From the NCBI GenBank assembly GCA_963665115.1, contig OY762007.1:3776001-3840000 (forward strand): a DNA stretch of 64,000 nucleotides, in the 5' to 3' direction. Below the pieces are notes generated by a model, which was not told the origin of the DNA, ran no database searches, and saw nothing but the letters and a program-made list of their open reading frames with translations. The translations under genes were made by a program, and so were the position numbers. The stretch is from an uncultured Rivularia sp. (GTDB taxonomy: Bacteria; Cyanobacteriota; Cyanobacteriia; Cyanobacteriales; Nostocaceae). The first letter of the stretch is position 1. Each line of letters starts with the position of its first letter. Positions 32,826-43,327 of this stretch are shown here, in pieces.

Positions 32826-32978
32826 AACCCACGCAGGTGGGTTTCACTTGTGTAGACAAGCCACTGCGTTGCGGAGGTTCCCTCCGTTGAAGCAAGTGGC
32901 GTGCGGTTTCAACCGCCGGATACCTGATGATAACCTCTCTCCAACCTCTTCCTCCGCGCTCTCTGCGCCTCTGCGGTT
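32826..32978. repeat. Cluster of nested palindromic dispersed repeats
   Basis: AACCCACGCAGGTGGGTT, GCCACT...AGTGGC and GCGGTTTCAACCGC; CTCTGCG units with a related inverted copy near 46011-46040. Confidence 0.65.
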
Positions 32979-33045
32979 AAATAACACCAAAATATCTCGT
33001 TACTAACCTAAATACCGGGAGACGTAGCACTGCTACGTCTCTACA

Positions 33046-33900
33046 TCACATCAGTTTCCTTATCCCCACTTCCAACCCCCGACAAACCCCAGTCAAAAAA
33101 TCCAAATCCAAAGTTTCAATCTTGTCGCTAGGCTTATGGTAATGAGGATTCCGCATAAATGAAGTATCTGTCACCATCATCGCCGGATAACCTGCATCCC
33201 AAAATGGGGAATGATCGCTCCGTCTTACCGCAGGAACTATTTTGCCTTTATTCGGAACTGGTAAAAATTCACTCTTAGTCCCCGATTTACGAATAATGTT
33301 GCGGAGTCGAAATAAATCGGGAAGCGTTTTCAAATTACCAATCAAAGCAATATAATCACCCGTACTCGGATAAAACTTTTTTAATATCGAAGCCGGATAT
33401 TCTTGCGTCCCCGGATTTGAATTACAATAACCTAACATTTCTAAAGACATCATCAAACGCAATTTCTGCTTTTCCCTTAGCAATTCATTTACATATTCCT
33501 TACTACCCAAACAACCAGCTTCTTCCATATCAAAAGCAACGAGTCGCAAAGGATACCTTGTTGGCTGCGTGGCAAAAATTCTTGCTAATTCTAATAAAAC
33601 TGCAACTCCGGTAGCATTATCATCGGCTCCTGGACTTCCTGGAACGCCGTCGTAATGAGCAGCAATTAAAATTGGTGATAAATTGTCCTTTCCAGATTTT
33701 AAATCTGAAGGTAAATTCAAGATTAGATTTTCACAGACTTTGCTACCAACTTCAAAGGTGTGGATTTCCACACTTCCCCATTGTGAAAAATCAGCACGAA
33801 TGTATTCTTGGACAAAGAAATGTCCTGCTGTTGCTAAATAAGCATCGCGCTCTCGTGCTATCTGGATAAGATGGGTTGCGAGTTGTTTTTTTAAATCCAC
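33046..33900 (-). CDS. M28 family metallopeptidase
   Basis: AHYD, GADDNATG, FDMEE, SLEMLG, SDHSPF and YHKPSD motifs. Confidence 0.9.
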   Translation of the reverse strand: MDLKKQLATHLIQIARERDAYLATAGHFFVQEYIRADFSQWGSVEIHTFEVGSKVCENLILNLPSDLKSGKDNLSPILIAAHYDGVPGSPGADDNATGVAVLLELARIFATQPTRYPLRLVAFDMEEAGCLGSKEYVNELLREKQKLRLMMSLEMLGYCNSNPGTQEYPASILKKFYPSTGDYIALIGNLKTLPDLFRLRNIIRKSGTKSEFLPVPNKGKIVPAVRRSDHSPFWDAGYPAMMVTDTSFMRNPHYHKPSDKIETLDLDFLTGVCRGLEVGIRKLM

Positions 33901-34169
33901 GGATTAACTAGGAACTATGAAGGATAAAGGATAAAACTTAAATAAGCGATGAAAAATGATTTGTTTTTTCGAGTACATTTATTACCCGTCAAAGGCAAAA
34001 ATGGATTTTAACTGTTAGTGGCTTGTTTGATGGATTAATTAAATTATTTCAAACTTGATTGATTATTGATAACGAAGCTTGACAAAGTATTTCTCAACTG
34101 CAAGATACAATAAATCAAGCATTACTTCTAAACATATATTTATAAGACATACTAGGAGAAGCGTAGGGC

Positions 34170-36440
34170 ATGGGCAAGGTAGTAGGCATCGACTTGGGTA
34201 CAACAAACTCTGTAGTCGCCGTTATGGAAGGTGGCAAGCCGGTGGTTATTGCCAATGCGGAAGGAATGCGAACCACTCCGTCGGTTGTTGGCTTTAGTAA
34301 AGACGGCGAAAAGGTTGTCGGACAGATGGCAAGAAGACAAACTGTCCTCAATCCTCAGAATACCTTTTTTGCTATCAAGCGGTTTATGGGGCGTAAATAT
34401 TCGGAGTTAACTCCGGAATCGAAGCGGGTGCCTTATACGGTACGTAAAGGCGAAATTGGCGAAATTAATATTGTATGTCCCCGTGTAAAGAAGAATTTTG
34501 CACCGGAAGAAGTTTCGGCGATGATTCTCAGAAAATTAGCCGATGATGCGAGTAAATATTTAGGAGAGCAAGTAACGGGTACAGTAATTACCGTTCCTGC
34601 TTATTTTAATGATGCCCAGCGACAAGCTACCAGAGATGCGGGTAGAATCGCTGGTTTGGAAGTATTGCGAATTCTTAACGAACCTACTGCTGCTGCTTTA
34701 GCTTACGGTTTGGATAAGGCAGATAGCGAAGTAATTTTGGTATTTGACTTGGGTGGTGGAACTTTCGACGTATCCATCTTGGAAATTGGCGATGGTGTAT
34801 TTGAAGTCAAAGCCACATCCGGCGACACTCAATTGGGTGGAAACGATTTTGATAAAAGGATTGTCGATTGGTTAGCCCAGAAGTTTTTAGAAGATGAAGG
34901 TATAGATTTAAGAAGAGACAGACAAGCTTTACAACGTTTGATGGAAGCTGCGGAAAAGGCGAAAATCGAACTTTCGGCTGTGAGCGTTACCGATATTAAT
35001 TTACCTTTTATTACTGCCGATCAAGATGGTCCGAAACATCTCGAAACTCGTTTAACGCGATCGCAATTTGAAGCGATGTGCGACGATTTGTTAGGTAAAT
35101 TACGAGTTCCTGTTAAAAGAGCGTTGCGAGATGCTGGGATGACACCGCGAGATATTGAGGAAGTTGTACTCGTGGGTGGTTCAACCAGAATGCCAATTGT
35201 GGAAAAATTGGTAGAAGCAATGATTGGTTTGCAGCCGAACCAAAATGTTAACCCTGATGAAGTTGTAGCCGTTGGTGCTGCGGTGCAAGCTGGTATTTTG
35301 GCTGGCGAACTCAAAGATGTATTGCTGCTTGATGTCACTCCCCTATCAATTGGTTTGGAAACCATTGGTGGAGTAATGAAAAAGTTAATTCCTCGCAACA
35401 CTACAATCCCAGTACGTCGTTCCGATATTTTCTCCACTTCTGAAAATAATCAAAACACCGTAGAAGTTCACGTAGCCCAGGGCGAGCGGGAAATGGCCGC
35501 CGATAACAAATCCCTGGGACGATTTAAACTTTACGGTATACCTCCCGCACCTCGGGGAATTCCGCAAATTCAAGTGAGTTTCGATATTGATGCCAACGGA
35601 ATATTACAGGTAACGGCATTAGATAGAACCACCGGAAGAGAACAAAGTATTACAGTTCAAGGTGCTTCCAATTTAAGCGAAGCCGATATCAAGAGAGCAA
35701 TTCAAGATGCGGAAAAATTTGCCGACGTAGACAGACAGCGCAAAGAAAAAATTGAAAAACGCTCCCGTGCCGAAGCATTAATTAATCAAGCCGAAAGACA
35801 GTTACGAGAAGTAGCGTTAGATTTCGGAATGCAGTTTGCTCGCAATCGTCGCCAGCGTATTGATAATATTTGCCGCGATTTGAAAGATAGTTTGAAGGCA
35901 GATGACGACAGAGGAATTGACCAAACTTACGCCGATTTACAAGACGCATTATCCGATTTAAATAAAGAAGTTCGTCAGTACTATGCCGATGACGAAGAAG
36001 ACGATCTATTTGGTACTATCCGCGACATCTTTATCGGCGACAAAGATGATGATGATTTCTACGATAAAGGCTACGGTAGGGGATATGACAGGGGTTACGG
36101 TAGAGATGCCGACCGGGGTGGTAACAGGGATTATGACCGGGGTTACGGTCAAGATTACAACCGAGGAGCAGCTTACGGAAGAGATGCCGATCGAGGTTAC
36201 GGCAGAGAACCCGACCGTGGTTATAGAGAACCCGGCGATAGGGGTTACGGAAGGGATGCCGATCGAGGTTATAGCGATGATTCCAGGGGTTACGCAAGAA
36301 ACGATCGGGGAAGAGATGCCGATAGGGGTTATGGAAGAGATAACAGCTATCCGAACTATGACAAAGATTATTCTCCGCGCAAACCAGCCAAACCTAGCTA
36401 CCAGGATAACTGGGATGATGACGATGACGATTGGCTATAA
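34170..36440 (+). CDS. dnaK: Chaperone DnaK (DnaK3 type, long C-terminal tail)
   Basis: [17 protein letters not shown] and DVTPLS motifs; terminal WDDDDDDWL motif. Confidence 0.96.
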   Translation: MGKVVGIDLGTTNSVVAVMEGGKPVVIANAEGMRTTPSVVGFSKDGEKVVGQMARRQTVLNPQNTFFAIKRFMGRKYSELTPESKRVPYTVRKGEIGEINIVCPRVKKNFAPEEVSAMILRKLADDASKYLGEQVTGTVITVPAYFNDAQRQATRDAGRIAGLEVLRILNEPTAAALAYGLDKADSEVILVFDLGGGTFDVSILEIGDGVFEVKATSGDTQLGGNDFDKRIVDWLAQKFLEDEGIDLRRDRQALQRLMEAAEKAKIELSAVSVTDINLPFITADQDGPKHLETRLTRSQFEAMCDDLLGKLRVPVKRALRDAGMTPRDIEEVVLVGGSTRMPIVEKLVEAMIGLQPNQNVNPDEVVAVGAAVQAGILAGELKDVLLLDVTPLSIGLETIGGVMKKLIPRNTTIPVRRSDIFSTSENNQNTVEVHVAQGEREMAADNKSLGRFKLYGIPPAPRGIPQIQVSFDIDANGILQVTALDRTTGREQSITVQGASNLSEADIKRAIQDAEKFADVDRQRKEKIEKRSRAEALINQAERQLREVALDFGMQFARNRRQRIDNICRDLKDSLKADDDRGIDQTYADLQDALSDLNKEVRQYYADDEEDDLFGTIRDIFIGDKDDDDFYDKGYGRGYDRGYGRDADRGGNRDYDRGYGQDYNRGAAYGRDADRGYGREPDRGYREPGDRGYGRDADRGYSDDSRGYARNDRGRDADRGYGRDNSYPNYDKDYSPRKPAKPSYQDNWDDDDDDWL

Positions 36441-36814
36441 AGTAGTTTAAATTAGCTTTTTACAAGCAAATATAGGCTAATATACGGGCGGTTAACCCCG
36501 CTCCCAGTCCTGTTAACAATATACTTATGAAATAATCCGGCTTTAAATATTAGACAAGCGTAAAAGCTAGACATATAAAGGCTTTTTCTTAAGTCTTCAA
36601 AAAATAGTTTTACCTTTATTTATTGACCAAAATCATAAATTTAAACGTAAATCATCAACATAAAGAAAATCCGCTTCTTTATTTATGACCTTTTATGCTC
36701 AATATCATGTCAAAAAGCCCGAAAAGCTTGCTATATAAATAAAATTGCTCATCCAAAATTAAAATTATTGATTAATCTTATTTACTCCTTATTCCTTCCC
36801 ATAAACAACTTACT

Positions 36815-37814
36815 ATGCAGAATTTGCAGAATTTTCGCGACTACTACGAGATTTTAGCAGTATCTAAAGATGCTCCTAATGATGAAATTAAAAAAAGTTA
36901 TCGCCGATTAGCCCGACAATTCCATCCAGACTTAAATCCTGGAAATAAAGCCGCAGAGGAAAAATTTAAAGACGTAAATGAAGCCTACGAGGTTTTAAGC
37001 GACCCCCAGTAAACGCGCTCAGTACGACCAATTCAGCGTATTTTGGAAGCAAAATGGCTTTCCTGGTTCAAAATCGTCCCCACGCAAAGGCTGGAATAAA
37101 GGAAACGGCGATCGCACTTCTACTTCTGCCGATGTTAATCCCGCTAAATACGATAATTTTGATACTTTTATTGACCAAGTATTTGGTGTCAAAAACAAAG
37201 GCAATGCCCCTGGTAGTTCCACAAACACTGCAAAAACCGATCCATTTCGGACTCCCAGAACAAAAGTTTCCTATACTCCAAGTGCGCGTCCAAATCGCCG
37301 GGATATAGAAGCAAGATTAACTTTACCTTTAGAGAAGGCTTATCAAGGTGGCTTAGAAAGAATTCGTCTTGAAGATGGACGTTCTTTAGAAGTAAATATG
37401 CCCCCAGGAATGGTAACAGGACAAACTATTCGATTGCGTAATCAAGGTATTGGTGGCGGCGATTTATACCTAAAAATTACCGTACAGCAACATCATATTT
37501 TTAAAGTTGACGGTACTGATATATTCTGCCAAGTGCCTATTACTCCTTGCGAAGCAGTCTTAGGAGGACAAGTAGAAGCACCAACTTTAGATGGATTAGT
37601 AAAAATGACTATTCCTCCAGGAGTCAGATCCGGGCAAAGATTGCGTTTAGAAGGTAAAGGCTATCCCAACGAAAAAGGCAAGCGAGGAAACCAACTCGTA
37701 GAAATTCAAATAATTACTCCTGCGTCTAAAAATATTAGCTCTGAGGAACGCGAACTTTACGAAAAGTTACGCGAGATAGAAACTTTTAAGCCTCGTAAAG
37801 ATTTGCTGAGATGA
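36815..37814 (+). CDS. dnaJ: DnaJ-family (type II, CbpA-like) co-chaperone, frameshifted at C5 37003-37007
   Basis: J domain with HPD; deleting one C gives [12 protein letters not shown] and a frame continuous with the C-terminal domain. Confidence 0.85.
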
Positions 37815-37978
37815 TTTTTGATTAAATAGCTGCATAGCCTTATAGAAAGCCAAAACAGCATCTAAAGTTAGATTTACAAATATTCAAATATTGATGAAAA
37901 TAAGATTTTCATACCTTGCTACAAAAAGATAGTTTTAAAATATGAGGAAAAACTGTTTGCAAGGTAAGGAATACAGCC

Positions 37979-38521
37979 GTGAATCAAAATGGGACAAAAC
38001 TCAGCCGAGGAGAAGCAACCTATTATTCCTTACTAGGTTTGCATCCAGCAGCTTCGGTAATCGAAATCCGCCGTGCTTACCGAGAACTTAGCAAACGCTA
38101 CCATCCCGATACTACAAATTTACCCACAGCACTTGCTATTGTTAAATTTCAAAAGCTCAACGAAGCTTACGCAACCCTTAGCAACCCCCAAAAGCGTTTA
38201 ACTTACGACCTGAAAATTGGCTATTCTCGGTTTGGAGTAATTCAAGCACCCTCCGACTTAAACCAACCAGTTTCTGAAAATCGACATACATCCAAATCGG
38301 CTTACCTCGATCCAACCGATCGCCCCCTCTCACCCGGTGAGATTTTCGCCTTATTTATTCTAGGGTTAACTTTCTTAGGATGTTTGCTGCTAGTAATCGC
38401 CGTAGGTTTAACCAGAGGTGAAGCCGCTTTTCAAACAACTATAGAGCAGCCAAGTATTATAATACAGCAGCAAGCAATCAATTCCAATCAAGCAAATATC
38501 GTAAATAAATTTAATAATTAA
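37979..38521 (+). CDS. J-domain membrane protein
   Basis: YHPD motif and a C-terminal transmembrane helix. Confidence 0.85.
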   Translation: MNQNGTKLSRGEATYYSLLGLHPAASVIEIRRAYRELSKRYHPDTTNLPTALAIVKFQKLNEAYATLSNPQKRLTYDLKIGYSRFGVIQAPSDLNQPVSENRHTSKSAYLDPTDRPLSPGEIFALFILGLTFLGCLLLVIAVGLTRGEAAFQTTIEQPSIIIQQQAINSNQANIVNKFNN

Positions 38522-38530
38522 AATTTTTCA

Positions 38531-38624
38531 GGTTAGAGGTTAAAGGTCAAAGGTCAGAGGTTAAAGGTTAAAGGTTAAACAATTTCTAACAACTAACAAC
38601 TAACAACTAACAACTAACAACTAA
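38531..38624. repeat. STRR 7-mers GGTTAAA and CTAACAA
   Basis: Directly visible tandem units. Confidence 0.8.
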
Positions 38625-38629
38625 TTTTC

Positions 38630-38902
38630 ATGTATCTTTTAAACTCAGAAACTCCACTGTACAATCATCCGCTTCCTCAAATTGAGCAATGGTTGGAAAA
38701 CAGAGGCTGTCAGCAAGACTCAAAACTATTACACTTATGGCGCATAAACAAACCTGCTTGGGAAGCGGAAATCTGGCTTGATGTGGAAGAAATCATCGTT
38801 CGATATCTTAGTGCAGGAGAAACTAAAGAAGACATTCAGCGCTCGTTTAAATATTCTCTTAGTCGTCAAGATGTAGAAGAAGCCATTTTCTGCGGGCCAT
38901 GA
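38630..38902 (+). CDS. DUF3143 domain protein
   Basis: TPLYNHPLPQIEQWL...RSFKYSLSRQDVEEAIFCGP. Confidence 0.85.
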   Translation: MYLLNSETPLYNHPLPQIEQWLENRGCQQDSKLLHLWRINKPAWEAEIWLDVEEIIVRYLSAGETKEDIQRSFKYSLSRQDVEEAIFCGP

Positions 38903-39002
38903 GGAGATGGGGGACAAGGAGAAAGGGAGAGAGGGGGAAGAGGCGGGAGAATAAATAATATTATCAATGCCCAATGCCCAATCCCCCATACCCATTCCCA
39001 AA

Positions 39003-39752
39003 TTAAACTTTGCCAAACCTTCTGTCTCTTTGCTGATAGGCTGATAATGCTTTGCGGAATTCGTTGCGGTCGAAATCGGGCCACAATGTATCGGTAAAAT
39101 ATATTTCTGAGTATGCTGCTTGCCATAAGAGAAAATTACTCAAGCGCATTTCCCCGCTGGTACGAATAATTAAATCTGGATCGCAGTTTCCAGCAGTATA
39201 GAGATGATGTTCAAATGCCGCTTCATCAATTTCATGTGGTTGGAGCAATCCTTTGTCTACTTTTTCGGCGATCGCCCGACAAGCTTGAAGAATTTCTTGT
39301 CTACCTCCATAGTTAGTAGCAACGTTAAAATCAATTCCGCGATTGTCTTTGGTTTCTTCCATCGAACGGCTAATTTCTGCTTGTAAGGCATTTGGCAAAG
39401 CTTTTAAATTGCCTACAAAGCCAATTCTGACGTTCTCTTTGAGCATTTCTCGCAGTTCTTGACGCAACACTCGCTGGAACAAAGTCATCAAAAATTCAAC
39501 TTCTTCTTGCGGTCTACCCCAGTTTTCGGTAGAAAAAGCATAAGCAGTTAGCGCTTTTATTCCCCAATCCTTGCAGCAGCGGAGCAAATCCTTAAGAATA
39601 TCAACTCCGCGCTTGTGCCCCATAATTCGAGGCAAACCCCTATGTTTAGCCCATCGACCATTGCCATCCATGATTACCGCAACGTGTAGTGGTAATAGTT
39701 CTTTTTTTAAATCGCTTGGCAAATATTCTAAATTTGTTGATTGTGCTGTCAT
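39003..39752 (-). CDS. uppS: Undecaprenyl-diphosphate synthase
   Basis: [15 protein letters not shown] and [11 protein letters not shown] motifs. Confidence 0.95.
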   Translation of the reverse strand: MTAQSTNLEYLPSDLKKELLPLHVAVIMDGNGRWAKHRGLPRIMGHKRGVDILKDLLRCCKDWGIKALTAYAFSTENWGRPQEEVEFLMTLFQRVLRQELREMLKENVRIGFVGNLKALPNALQAEISRSMEETKDNRGIDFNVATNYGGRQEILQACRAIAEKVDKGLLQPHEIDEAAFEHHLYTAGNCDPDLIIRTSGEMRLSNFLLWQAAYSEIYFTDTLWPDFDRNEFRKALSAYQQRDRRFGKV

Positions 39753-40669
39753 TTTTTGTCCCGAGAAGCGGTCGATGGTAAACCGAGTAAACGTGAAATT
39801 AATGCGGTGAATTTACCACGAATTTGACGACCCAAGCTGAATAAACCGGGGGCTACAGCTTCCCGATCCACTGCCGGAGAAAAATGAGTCTCCAAGGAAT
39901 CTCTCAATTTCGTGATGGTTAGCGGTCTATTTAGAGTTCCCCTTTCTGCAAGAGAAATAGAACCTGTTTCTTCCGATACAACGACACAAATACAATTTTC
40001 GACACGCTCGGTAATTCCCATCGCCGCTCGATGGCGCGTTCCCAACTGGCGAGAGGCAGTACGTCCCGAAAGCGGTAAAATTATACCACTGGATACAATC
40101 CGAGAACCACGTATTAATGTTGCACCATCATGCAAAAGAGTTTTTGGCTGAAAAATTGTTTGCAGTAGTTCCTTAGAAACTTCAGCATTCAGCTTCACTC
40201 CCGGCACGGAAAAATCACGCTCGTCAATTGGACCAGTGGTTTCTATAATCACCAAAGCTCCAATTCTATTTTTTGAGAGTTCTCTAACCGCATCAACAAT
40301 TTCATCAATTACACTATACGATTTCGGTACCGCTAAGCTAGAAGTTTGAAATAACTGCCGAAATTCACCACGTCCCAACTGTTCTAGAAAACGGCGAAAC
40401 TCTGACTGAAGAGTTATCGCCATCGCTACAGCACAACCATATACAAGGCTTTGCAAAACAAAATTTAACAGTTGTAGCCCAAAGAAATCACTTACTGCTG
40501 AAGCTAGCATTAAAACAATAAACCCCCGCACCATCCATAGCGTGCGACGTTCGCTGATAATTACTAGCATCATGTATGTTAGCGCCAGCACTAACATGAT
40601 ATCCAGAGTCTTTAACAAGGGCTGCGACCATCCCAGGTTTGCCAGCACTTGTTTCCATAAATTCCCCAT
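39749..40669 (-). CDS. cdaA: Diadenylate cyclase
   Basis: N-terminal transmembrane helices; LHDGA and GTRHRAA motifs; ATGA overlap with uppS. Confidence 0.93.
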   Translation of the reverse strand: MGNLWKQVLANLGWSQPLLKTLDIMLVLALTYMMLVIISERRTLWMVRGFIVLMLASAVSDFFGLQLLNFVLQSLVYGCAVAMAITLQSEFRRFLEQLGRGEFRQLFQTSSLAVPKSYSVIDEIVDAVRELSKNRIGALVIIETTGPIDERDFSVPGVKLNAEVSKELLQTIFQPKTLLHDGATLIRGSRIVSSGIILPLSGRTASRQLGTRHRAAMGITERVENCICVVVSEETGSISLAERGTLNRPLTITKLRDSLETHFSPAVDREAVAPGLFSLGRQIRGKFTALISRLLGLPSTASRDKK

Positions 40670-40838
40670 GACATCTGGATTACGCGCTTTGTTTGAAGGA
40701 TATAAAGCTCAAAGTATAAATAATATAGATGCCCTCCGGGCAACTTAAGGGCATAGTAGCATGAAGTACAGAGCATAAAATAGCTGATTTGTTTTCAGCC
40801 TTTATGCTACCCTAATGCTTTGCCGACATCATACTTTA

Positions 40839-42257
40839 TTATTCGCTTTTTTTGAGCCGTTCTGGTAAGCAATCTTGACGAATCAAATCTTGATATGATT
40901 CGCGTTGCAATATTAAACTTGCTTCACCATTTGCAACTAAAACTGCTGCCGGTCGAGGCAAACGGTTGTAATTGGATGACATACTGTAATTATATGCACC
41001 AGTTCCCATTACTACGAGAGTATCTCCCGCTTCTGTGGGTGGAAGTTGGGCATCATTAATTAGAATATCTCCCGATTCGCAATGTTTACCAGCAATTGTG
41101 ACTTTTTCGGTAGATGGCACGGACATTTTATTCGCTACCACCGCTCGATAAATTGACTGATAAGTAATCGGACGAGGATTGTCCGACATTCCTCCGTCTA
41201 CAGCAATATATTTACGTATTCCGGGAATTTCTTTAGATGCACCAATACTATATGCTGTAACGCAGGTTGTACCAATTAAAGAACGCCCCGGTTCGCATAA
41301 TAATTTTGGTAAGGGAATATTCGCGGTAGAACAGGCTTTTTCAACTACCTCGCAGATCGGCTTTACCCACTCTTCTATGCTCGGTGGATCGTCGGATTCT
41401 ATATATCTTATTCCCAAACCACCACCAACATTTAATTCGGTAATGTTGATACCATAAGTAGCAGCTTTTTTTAACCACTCTACCATAAGAGCAGCTAAGT
41501 CTTGGTGGGGTTGACGCTCAAAGATTTGCGAGCCAATGTGAGCGTGTACGCCAACGCAGTTTAAAGATTTTTGCTTGCTGACAAATGTAAACAGATCGTC
41601 AAGAGCATTAGGATCGAAACCAAATTTGCTATCTAACTGTCCCGTGCGGATGTAATCGTGGGTATGACAATCAATACCGGGAGTCAAACGCAACATAATC
41701 CGGTACGGTGCATGGCTATCGAAACTATTTTCTGAGGCTAGCTCCACCAAAGTATTCAATTCGTACCAGTTATCCACCACAACAGTACAACCGGATTCCA
41801 CAGCAAAAATCAGTTCATCACGAGACTTATTATTACTGTGTAGGTAAATATAGCCGGCATCCGCACCACTTTGTATTGCTGTATATAATTCACCACCAGA
41901 AGCTACATCTATTCCCAAATCTTCAGATGCAACAATCGCGCACACTGCCAAACAATTCCATGCTTTAGAAGCGTACAATACTTTGGATTCACCTTTATAG
42001 TATTGCTTAAAACTATCGCGATACTGACGGCAAGCAGTTCGCAAGCTTTCTTCATCCAGAATGTATAGTGGAGAACCAAACTGGTTTACTAAGGTAATTA
42101 CATCACAACCACCTACTTCCAAATTGTCATTCTTGTTAACAGAGGCAGTCAAAGGTAAAAGCGACTGATTCGGCGAAACGCTTTCTTTTTGGCTGCTATT
42201 TGATAGTATATATTTACTACCAATATTTTGAACCCCAGTAGGGTAAGTCGATACCAT
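40839..42257 (-). CDS. lysA: Diaminopimelate decarboxylase
   Basis: YASKA, HIGSQ, EPGR, HCESGD and GAY motifs. Confidence 0.95.
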   Translation of the reverse strand: MVSTYPTGVQNIGSKYILSNSSQKESVSPNQSLLPLTASVNKNDNLEVGGCDVITLVNQFGSPLYILDEESLRTACRQYRDSFKQYYKGESKVLYASKAWNCLAVCAIVASEDLGIDVASGGELYTAIQSGADAGYIYLHSNNKSRDELIFAVESGCTVVVDNWYELNTLVELASENSFDSHAPYRIMLRLTPGIDCHTHDYIRTGQLDSKFGFDPNALDDLFTFVSKQKSLNCVGVHAHIGSQIFERQPHQDLAALMVEWLKKAATYGINITELNVGGGLGIRYIESDDPPSIEEWVKPICEVVEKACSTANIPLPKLLCEPGRSLIGTTCVTAYSIGASKEIPGIRKYIAVDGGMSDNPRPITYQSIYRAVVANKMSVPSTEKVTIAGKHCESGDILINDAQLPPTEAGDTLVVMGTGAYNYSMSSNYNRLPRPAAVLVANGEASLILQRESYQDLIRQDCLPERLKKSE

Positions 42258-42346
42258 AACGATATAAAGTGTGTGAATTGAATTCTGGGCAACATTTGTC
42301 TGACTTTACCCAGTGTACAAAGGGCGATGTACTATAACCAATAAAA

Positions 42347-42898
42347 GTGAATCTATTTGAGCTAAAAATTCAATCTCTTTCTCATGAACATCTATCCGCA
42401 ATATTAGAACTAGATAAATCTAGCTTTGGCGGCTTATGGTCAAAAGAAGGCTATCAAAGAGAGCTTGATAGTCCAAATAGTGAGATACAAGGTTTATTTT
42501 CTCAGAAAACCGGCGAAAAACTTCTAGGAATGGGTTGTTTTTGGTCAATCTTAGAAGAAGCCCATATTACAATTTTGGCAATAGATGTTCAATCTCAGCG
42601 TCAAGGAATGGGCGCAGCGTTACTTTACTCTCTTCTAAAGACAGCACGCGATCGCCATTTAGAAAGAGCGACTTTAGAAGTGCGGGCTTCCAACATAAAG
42701 GCAATTTCCCTATACGAAAAATTTGGCTTTAAGACAGCAGGAAGAAGAAGACGCTACTACAAAAACGGTGAAGACGCATTAATTCTGTGGCTTGGAGGCA
42801 TACACAAGCCAGAATTCTCCGAAACCTTAGCCAACTGGGAAAGCAGTGTTGCTCAAAGCTTGAGTAACTCGGGCTGGGAGTTAGGAGTTAGGAGTTAG
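42347..42898 (+). CDS. rimI: Ribosomal-protein-alanine N-acetyltransferase
   Basis: GNAT motifs QRQGMG, LEVRASN, LYEKFGF and RRRYY...EDA. Confidence 0.88.
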   Translation: MNLFELKIQSLSHEHLSAILELDKSSFGGLWSKEGYQRELDSPNSEIQGLFSQKTGEKLLGMGCFWSILEEAHITILAIDVQSQRQGMGAALLYSLLKTARDRHLERATLEVRASNIKAISLYEKFGFKTAGRRRRYYKNGEDALILWLGGIHKPEFSETLANWESSVAQSLSNSGWELGVRS

Positions 42899-43327
42899 GA
42901 ATTGGTTGACCTTTGACCTATCCCCAATTACCAATTACCAATCCCCCATGCCCAATTCCCAAATATAATTGTTTAAAAATTATTACTACTAATAATCAAA
43001 TGATATTTAACCAAACTATAAAGTATTTTTATAAAGTTCATAATCAACTTGACGGAAAGGAATAAAGTTGATATTAGTGGTTGTTGGCTAATGGCTTAGC
43101 AATGACCCGAATCTAAGTGTGTATGGGTTGTAGTCAAGCTAAATAACGCACTCAATAATCGCTCCTCAGTACGCTGACTACAAAAAAGTAACAAATAATA
43201 TGTAACTTCAACTGCGGAAGTAGGTTCCTAGCATTTGGATGTCTAACAAGTTCCACAGACACCCATCGGATTTGCCTGTGCTAAAATCAGCGTACCGGCA
43301 CGACGCAGGCGATGGGAATAATGCCTT

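Noticed and set aside
34079..34111. TTGACA...TACAAT promoter for dnaK
   Set aside because: The 21-bp spacer is too long for sigma70
35983..36450. 155-aa alternative-frame ORF and 88-aa antisense ORF over the dnaK tail
   Set aside because: By-products of a repetitive, stop-poor coding sequence
39003..42257. lysA-cdaA-uppS operon as a novel c-di-AMP system
   Set aside because: Known conserved cyanobacterial arrangement
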